Below are positions 56,115 through 64,000 of a DNA stretch of 64,000 bases, one piece after another. The stretch is from Octopus sinensis. Lineage: Eukaryota. The stretch lies in the NCBI RefSeq assembly GCF_006345805.1, contig NC_043008.1, positions 39,308,001 through 39,372,000 on the forward strand, in the 5' to 3' direction. Position 1 is the first letter of the stretch. The number at the start of each line of letters is the position of its first letter. A model generated the notes under the pieces. That model did not search any database. It worked only from the letters and a program-made list of their open reading frames with translations, and was not told the DNA's origin. The translations under genes and the position numbers were made by a program.

Positions 56115-56340
56115 ACGCGATGGCCTTACCAGTCGAGTAGAGGAAATCCGATGGAAAAAACGTGCTGAGTTGTGTGTAGAATGAAGTTGGTGGAGGTTCT
56201 CGATCGTCGACGACTTTAGGCATACTATTACGCAGAGCGAATACATATACACAAGTACACACATTATATAAATATATATATGTGTGTGTGTGTATGTTCG
56301 TGTGTACTTGTGTGTGCACGCATGCATACGGATATATACT

Positions 56341-56744
56341 CTCGCTTTTACTCTTTTACGTATTTCAGTCATTTGACCGTGGCCATGCTGGAGCAACGCC
56401 TTCAATCGAGCAAATCGACCGCAGGACTTATTCTTTGGAAGCTTAGTACTTATTCTATCGGTCTCTTTTGCCGAACCGCTAAGCGACGGGGGATGTAAAC
56501 GCACCAGCATCGGTTGTTAAGCGATGTTGGGGGGACAAACACAGAAACACAGACACGCAAACATATACACGCACACATAGATACGACGAGCTTCTTTCGG
56601 TTTCCGTCTACCAAATCCACTCACAAGGATTTGGTCGGCCTGAGGCTATAGTAGAAGACAGTTGCCCAAGGTGCCACACAGTGAGACTGAACCCGGAACC
56701 ATGTGATTCGTAAGCAAGCTACTTATCACACAGCCACTCCTACG

Positions 56745-56746
<2 letters not shown>
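56341..56746 (-). mobile_element. SINE family A
   Basis: Full-length reverse-complement match. Confidence 0.9.
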
Positions 56747-56801
<55 letters not shown>

Positions 56802-58265
56802 TTTATACATACACATATACGTCTGTATGTATGTATATATATGTATATATGTATGCATGTGTGTATATTTACATACATACAGGCATACATATGTTGCATG
56901 TAATTGGTAAGAACTAATCCAATCCTCGATATACGTGATAACTTCTCTAGATAGAAATAAACTTGTAGCAGTGAAGAGAAATAAAGTTATCATAAAGATT
57001 ATTACATTGCATTTGTATGATAAAATTTCGAGTCCTGTCTAATGAAATATCCAAGACAATACTGACTAAACGACTCCATAGTTCTGTTAACTAAAACCTC
57101 GTCGAGAATTATATAAGCAATTTGATCCTCTACACTAAGCCTTATTTAATTATGATACCGTTTACTCGAATTACTGATTTAACATATCTCAATAAAGAAT
57201 CACGTTGAGAATTAATGTTATGAATCAGGAACAATACCAAGAGAAACTGTCATGTGCCAGGATTAATTGACGTTTGGTTAACTAAATGTGAGATATTTCA
57301 AGGATGAAATATGAAATGGAGATTTTAGAGTTACTCTCGGAAGGTGATTAACTTTAAAGACAATTATAATTACTAGAGTATCGCACTAGAATAAAATTAG
57401 ATGAAACTCTATTCCTAAGTTTCGTTTATAATTGAATAGATATATATGAACCTTTGCAATAAAGTATATATAATTTGATCTTACGAATGTTAATATTGCA
57501 TACAGATGCTGTACATTCTAATGCTGGCTTAACTTTGTTTGTCTTTTGCCACCATGAGTTCAATAACCTAAGCAGGATTACACGCAATGAATTATATACG
57601 TTTGACTATATTTTTTTTTCCCGCAATTCCTTGACTAGCTCACCTATAAGAATAACTTATTTTTTCCTCAAACCTTTTGAGCGTTGTGGCAAGAGAAGTT
57701 AACGCGACTGGATGCTGAAAATCCGATACCGTTTTGATTCCCTTCTCAGAGTATTTCCCAATTCCTCACGATTTTCACATATGTGAAATATATGGAATTT
57801 GCATTTCCCAGGTTTATTGTTTCTTTATATTTTCCGTCCTGTCTACAAGATGTGATGCATAGAACATATTTTCCAGGCATTCGTGTATCAGATATGATAT
57901 ACATTTCCAACCTTTCCTGACCAATAGAGTGACTTGGGGCTCATGAAAAAGTTTTATATTACTCAGAACGAATGAAACAAGGGCTAACTAAAATATCTTA
58001 AAAGCAAACTTTGATGTTTAAGGGAAACATATGAAAATGCTTTGGGGAGGCAAATGTTTAACATCCAGGAGATTTCTACTTCGACAAGGAAACGCATTTC
58101 ACTTTGCAAACTTATTGATTCGAGCAGTATAAATTCCTACCATTTAATATGTAATTTTATCAAATCACTTTTGGATATACTATGGTCATTTTAGCTGGTT
58201 ACATCTGTACACTAGAGATATTGAGCCGACCGTCCACTTTTGTAAAACAATTATTTAGTGTTAGT

Positions 58266-58510
58266 GGAGGCGCGTGGTTTAGTGACTAGGGTGTTGAACA
58301 CATGATCGTAAGGTTGTGGTTTCGATTCCTGGACCGAGCAATGCGTTGTGTTCTTGAGCAAAACACTTCATTTTACGTTGCTCCAGTCTACTCAGCTGGC
58401 AAGAATGAGTAATCCTGCGACGGACCGGCGTCCCGTCCAGGTGGGGAATTTCTACGCCACTGAAACCGGGAAACTGGCCCTTATGAGCCTGGTATGGCTC
58501 GAGAAGGAAC
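58266..58510 (+). mobile_element. SINE family C, full length
   Basis: A box tggtttagtgactagg, B box ggtttcgattcc, central cctgcgacggaccggcgtcccgtccagg (a motif I associate with V/Meta-type SINE cores; not verified). Confidence 0.88.
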
Positions 58511-59707
58511 ATTAGTTCGTGTTACGATTACACAACACAGAATCATTGATACCAGTAATTACATGTCTGAGGTTATACGAAATTTCACTAATACTTATCA
58601 CCTGCTTATTTTATTTGCGTACGAGTTTTGGATTTGTCATATCGTGGTCGGCAAGATACTAAATGGATGTTAACATCACAGAATTATGACAAGATCTGAA
58701 AGAAAATTATGTGCAATGTAAACAACCAAGTGAATGCATATAGTTTTATGTGAGGATAGTATCGTCTTACACTTTAATTTTTATTTCTCTATATTTCCCC
58801 ATTTCACTCAGTTTATGCAGAATCAAAACTAATATATAACAATTGCAACAGTTTTATCTGGTATTGTTGTAAGGTGTACGGGCATCTTTATCTGTGATAA
58901 TTATTGCTTTTGGTGTATTAGCTCCTTGTATACGCTTCTTAAACTCACAACTTACGCCTAAAAGTTATTTATTTCGAGACATGTATCATCACCTTTCTAA
59001 TTCTCTTGCCTCTCAAATTGTTAGCCTTCGTTTAATTAAGCACAGACGTCTAACTACGTTTCCACAAAGCTTTCGGCATTCCCTATTCACGCCAATTCTC
59101 ACTCTTCCGTTTCAATACTTTCTCATTTATTCAAATATACTCACAGTGATAACAAAACCTTTTCTGCACTCTTTATACCCCGGGCGACGAGAGAAACCGG
59201 AATCTTCAGAATATTCTCTTGAAACTGCAACTGAACACAGGCAGTATTCCCTCGATTTTCTCTACATGAAGTATATACGAGGAACGATCGATCTAAACGA
59301 GGTCAACCTGGCCAATTACTCTATTTCTCACGGACGTTCCTACATGCACTTAGTTCGTCTTTATAAATTCATTTCTAAACGAGAATAAAAGGGGCAAACG
59401 GATACGACCATGACAGATGAATCTGATGAAATTTTAGGTGCCATTTTGGCCTGTATACAACAAATAGTCTTCCAGGAGATCCTTGCAAAATTCTAAGATA
59501 TACTATGGCCTTCAGCAATCTTCCATTGTAAGAGATGCAAAGACGCTACAGCATAGACTAAAAGAAGATCGTCGAAAGATTGAGAATTAGAATCTCATGT
59601 AAAGCAAAAAGTGCTTAAATAGAAAATATAGAGATATAAAAATAATATCAAACATAGAGATAAGTACCAGAATATTTAGAATACCGGGAAAAATGCTTTG
59701 TGAGAAA

Positions 59708-60276
59708 TATTGGGTTGTCCGGAAAGTTCGTGCCGATTTTTAAAAGAAAGAAAAAGGTCAATAAATATTTGCCATTACATTTTTAATCAACCAAATATGA
59801 ACCACTGTGTTGCACAATGCGTCTCCATCTTTCCTTTAAATTGAAAATACCCTCTTCCCTGAACTGAGGCGGTTTCATGGCAATGAATTCATCAACGTAT
59901 CTTTTTACGTCATCCAAGGAATTGAAAATTTTACTATTAAGACTATTCTGCAGACATCTGAATAAGTGGAAATCCGAAGGAGCAATATCTGGTGAATATG
60001 GAGGGTGGGGTAACACATCCCAGCCGAGCTGCAGCAAATTTTGTCTGATTCCCAATGCAACAAGTGTCGAAAATGAACTTTCTTATCTTCCATTTTAAAG
60101 GGTTACAGAATTAACACAGGTTATAGGAACATAAACCTTCTTCCACGAAAAGATAGCTTAAACTATGCTCTAAATGGAGGTGTAGTCAAATCCTATTTTA
60201 TGGACTCAAACATGTTCTAAAATAAATCGAAATTTAAGCTACTATAAATCGGCACGAATTTTCCGGACAACCAAAA
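59708..60276 (-). mobile_element. Second internally deleted mariner, same family as 12343-12910
   Basis: TIR ta|ttgggttgtccggaaagttcgtgccgattt. ORFs MEDKKVHFRHLLHWE and IRQNLLQLGWDVLPHPPYSPDIAPSDFHLFRCLQNSL...RWRRIVQHSGSYLVD. Confidence 0.95.
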
Positions 60277-60933
60277 TTCAAAATTGGACATTTATATTAA
60301 TGTTAGACAAGACTATGTTACACAATATAAAAAAGACAGGGAACACAATAAAACATAATATTTTTTAATGTCACCTGCTGAAATAAAAAAAGATGTACAT
60401 GGCCACGTAGTTTGCTGGAGATGAAATATTATTACAAATAACAACTGGATGACGTAAATGAATCATGGTAGAAGAGAGAACAAACAAAAGTATGACTTTT
60501 AAACATATTGTATTGTATACATGCGTAATTATATATATATATATGTGTATGTATGTATGTATGTATGTATGTATGTATGTATGTATGTATGTATGCATGT
60601 GTGTATGTATGTATATGAGTGTGTGTGTGTATGTATGTATATGAGTGTGTGTGTGTATGTATCTATCTATATGTGTGTATACACCGCAGATGCACAAACA
60701 CATACATACACATATACTCGTTTATTTTTAATAGCCGAAAACATGAGTACTAAACGCCATACCAGAGATTAACTATATATTTTATTTTGATCGAATCAGC
60801 TTCTTGCTACTCTGGTGTCCCAAATGTGAGTGCCCAGGCCATTCAGTCGTGTTACCCACAGCTAAAACTCAGAGTAGTAAAAGATTGAATGAAGCAAAAT
60901 ATTGTATTTGTAAATATATTGATAAAAAATAAA

Positions 60934-61171
60934 TGCGCCCTTTTTAAAGCCTAGTCAGGCTCATGAGCCCGGTTTCTATGGCGTATGTGTTCCCCAGCAG
61001 GACAGGATGCCAGTCCATCGCAGCGTTACTCATTTTTGTCAGCTGAGTGGACTGGAGCAACATGAAATGAATTATTTTGCTCAATAACACAACGCATCGC
61101 ACGGTCCAGGAATCGAAACCACATTCTTACCATCATGGTGCTGATACCCTAACCACTAACCCACGCGTCTC
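60934..61171 (-). mobile_element. SINE family C
   Basis: Reverse-complement match to 58266-58510 and 41537-41830. Confidence 0.85.
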
Positions 61172-61278
61172 TACTATATATTGATAGAAAAGGTAATATA
61201 ACAAAAGAATGAAAGAGACCTCGGTATTATGTAAATAGAGAGGAATTTATCTGTAAATATAATGTGACAATTATTTGG

Positions 61279-61353
61279 TAGCCATGATAAAACTCCGAGT
61301 TTCGTATGTCGGGGCGGAAAGTCCACGCCGCCATCTCTTCAGTTATCCGGCCA
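61279..61353 (-). ncRNA. Type-I hammerhead ribozyme motif (complete fold), within a probable Penelope-like repeat (about 61180-61500)
   Basis: Minus strand: tggccggataa-CTGAAGA-gatggcggcgtggactttccgccccgacatac-GAAA-ctcggag-TT-ttatcatggcta. Stem I 5+5 bp, long stem II, stem III act/cgg/agt, GUU cleavage triplet. Confidence 0.75.
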
Positions 61354-61699
61354 TCGAAAAAATACTATGAAAATGACCGTTAAACAAATGGGAATTACTG
61401 TATGATTGACCGTTATTAAGACAAAAGAGCTATTCGAATAACTGCTGAGGGGAGGGAGTAAAGCTAAGGGAGTTAAAACGTTCATAGTATTCGCGTAAGC
61501 GAGCATGTCCATACTTATATGTGTGTGTGTGTGTGATTGTATGCATGTGATTATAAGTAAAGGTAAGATCCAAGGACACAGGTGTTGAAAGCTAGTAAGC
61601 TTCGAGCAGTCTGTAGAATGTATTAAAAAATATCTTTTAGGAATGACAGGGATTTTTTGACAAAGAAGGGTTTTATTGACAAAATGTTTCCCCTATCGA

Positions 61700-62150
61700 A
61701 GTGTGATGAGGTGAAACACATTATTTCATAGTTCACGGAGCTCATGTTGTTAGGACTGTCTGGTCCACAATATATTTAGTTGTGAATAAAAAGTTCAAAT
61801 TTGTTTCATCTTTCCAGTTTTTCTGTTAATTTTTTTATGAATCCATGTAGATTATCATAAGCGTTTCTGAACAAGAAATGCGCTCAAGTTGTTAGGACTG
61901 TCTGGTCCACAATATATTTAGTTGACTATATCTTTCTACACGCTTATGGAATGTAGAACGTTGTATTTGCAAAAAACACTGCAAATGAATCTTAGACCGA
62001 TTCACCTCAGGTCTTTCAGTCAACATAGAAAATTTAGCTGAATCTTCCAAAGGGCTATTCATTAGATTTGGAAGGAATGTTATCTCTATTTTTTTTAGAG
62101 GAAATAATGCATAAGAACCATATCTTTTTTTCAAATGCACCTATTGTTGG
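61700..62150 (-). pseudogene. Possible highly decayed Tc1-like transposase remnant containing a 37-bp direct repeat
   Basis: LQIQRSTFHKRVERY (HTH-like) and frameshifted DET/KFEL. Weak evidence. Confidence 0.3.
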
Positions 62151-62824
62151 TACAAAAATAATAGTGTATGTTTGAGCTGGTATGAACAAGGAGAGAAGAG
62201 ACATTTTAACCAATGAAGACGACTGACCTTTATTTTCTTCCCTGACGCTGCGATCTTGTCACCGACGCATTATTCTTTTCTGTTTAGAACAGGAGTCAGA
62301 GTGTATATATTTTATGTTGCCTTATGTATCTGACTGAAAGTATTTTTGACCACAAAAGAGTTCTTCGTCTTTCGTTCTATCTAATTTGAATTAAGTTAGA
62401 GATATTTCATATAACATATTTTAGATAATTTTATTCGTTGCTGAATGTGGTGTATATGGATTCATTCGCTCATTGTTCCGGAACTCTTACAGTTTATCTC
62501 GTGTACTTCTTTTAGCGAGTTTCATGCAGCGGAACCAGCAAACTTCCTAAGCAAATAAACAAACCAGTGCCAACGACAGAATGCGATTGTTCTCGCATCT
62601 TGGCTTATTCAATGTCATATTCATTTGATCCTCCACGTTCTGATGATACAGACATGCAATATTCAAAACATCTAATGTCAAAACGACTGTTGTCTTAACA
62701 AACATTGAGGGGGTAACGTATAAACATTAATTAACACGCAAGACATAATTGATTGTTTTCCATATTTCTAATACTGATTCAAAAACACAGATTCTGCGTG
62801 AGGCTACAACTATACATATATATA

Positions 62825-63226
62825 CTCTTTTACTCTTTTACTTGTTTCCATGCTGGAGCACCGCCTTTAGTCGAGCAAATAGACTCCAGGACTTATTCTT
62901 TGTAAGCGTAGTACTTGTTCTATCGGTTTCTTTTGCCGAACCGCTAAGTTACGGGGATGGAGACACACCAGCATCGGTTGTCAAGCGATGTTGGGGTGTG
63001 TGTGACAAACACATACACACAAACATACACACACACACACACACGCACATATACATATACACATATACGACAGGCTTCTTACAGTTTCCGTCTACCAAAT
63101 CCACTCACAAGGCTTTGGTCGGCCCGAGGCTATAGTAGAACACACTTGCATAAGCTGCAACGCAGTGGGACTGAACCCGGAACCATGTGGTTCGTAAGCA
63201 AGCTACTTAACACACAGCCACTCCTA
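62825..63226 (-). mobile_element. SINE family A
   Basis: Full-length reverse-complement match with a small deletion near the tail. Confidence 0.9.
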
Positions 63227-64000
63227 CAACTAGGATATATATATATATTGGTTATATATCTTAAATTCTGAAAATTTTATCAACCACTGAAGCATGAACG
63301 GCTGTCGACCCCGATGTAAATTTGAATTCTGAACGTAAAGTTGCGTTATGAATTACTATCTTTAAAACAAACTGCTTTTGGTGACATTCACATATATTAT
63401 GTATTTTATTTTCAGTGCAAAGATCAGAATTAATTCTTCAAAACTGTACTGAAAGTCTCTAGTTGTGATCTGAGAGTTTATGCCTAATTTATGAGTTTCG
63501 TAAGTATTAGACGAGAGTTATAGAGAATTCTAAATATGCCAGGATGTGTTAAATTGAAGAGAGAAACAAGAAAATAATAACTTAATAGAAACTGAATTAA
63601 ATATAAAGAAAACAAAAAAGCAGTTGGGTATTGAAATATTTTCAACAGAAAATATTTACAAAGGGAGATTTATCAAATATTCATAACTACCTTGCTTTGA
63701 AGATAAACAATTTTATTCGAAAATTCAACGAATAATGCCGAAATATTATTATATATATTCAATATTAACATCTTAAGTAATTCGGCGTCTAATCAGCATG
63801 GTTCTCTTCTAAGAGGGTTTCTTTACATAATTTGTATTTACAACATTTTTATACCGACAATTCGAGTTTCCGAATCAATTATTAATAGTTCACATGTGAG
63901 AACTATGTTTATTCCATGTTTCCAGTTAATTAGCTCCATGTTAAATATTTAAATTTAATCTTGTGACGTAACTTGTTCGTTAACGCAACAGGGTACACAG

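Overview
AT-rich animal genomic DNA, most likely an octopus (Octopus sp.). This is inferred from the SINE and mariner repertoire and the dense (TA)n/(TG)n/(ATCT)n microsatellites, not from a database match. No protein-coding gene can be assembled with confidence, and most ORF-track entries are microsatellite translations. The window is intronic or intergenic, has one 100-N gap, and is packed with repeats: three tRNA-derived SINE families (about 25 copies), one near-full-length decayed mariner, two internally deleted mini-mariners with the same breakpoint, a maT/DD37D end, two non-autonomous Helitrons, and R4/Dong-type and CR1-type LINE fragments. Three signals stand out. (1) Several short repeat families carry hammerhead-ribozyme cores, including a complete type-I fold at 61279-61353 (-) and an intact minimal dimer-type core at 22788-22822 (+), suggesting a Penelope/retrozyme-like system. 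(2) A 10-unit 25-bp minisatellite has grown out of the first codons of a mariner transposase. (3) Several near-perfect fold-back palindromes occur, often beside (TA)n, and the 116-bp-arm one shows junction microhomology consistent with template switching. Repeat boundaries were read by eye and are approximate unless a TSD or TIR is quoted.
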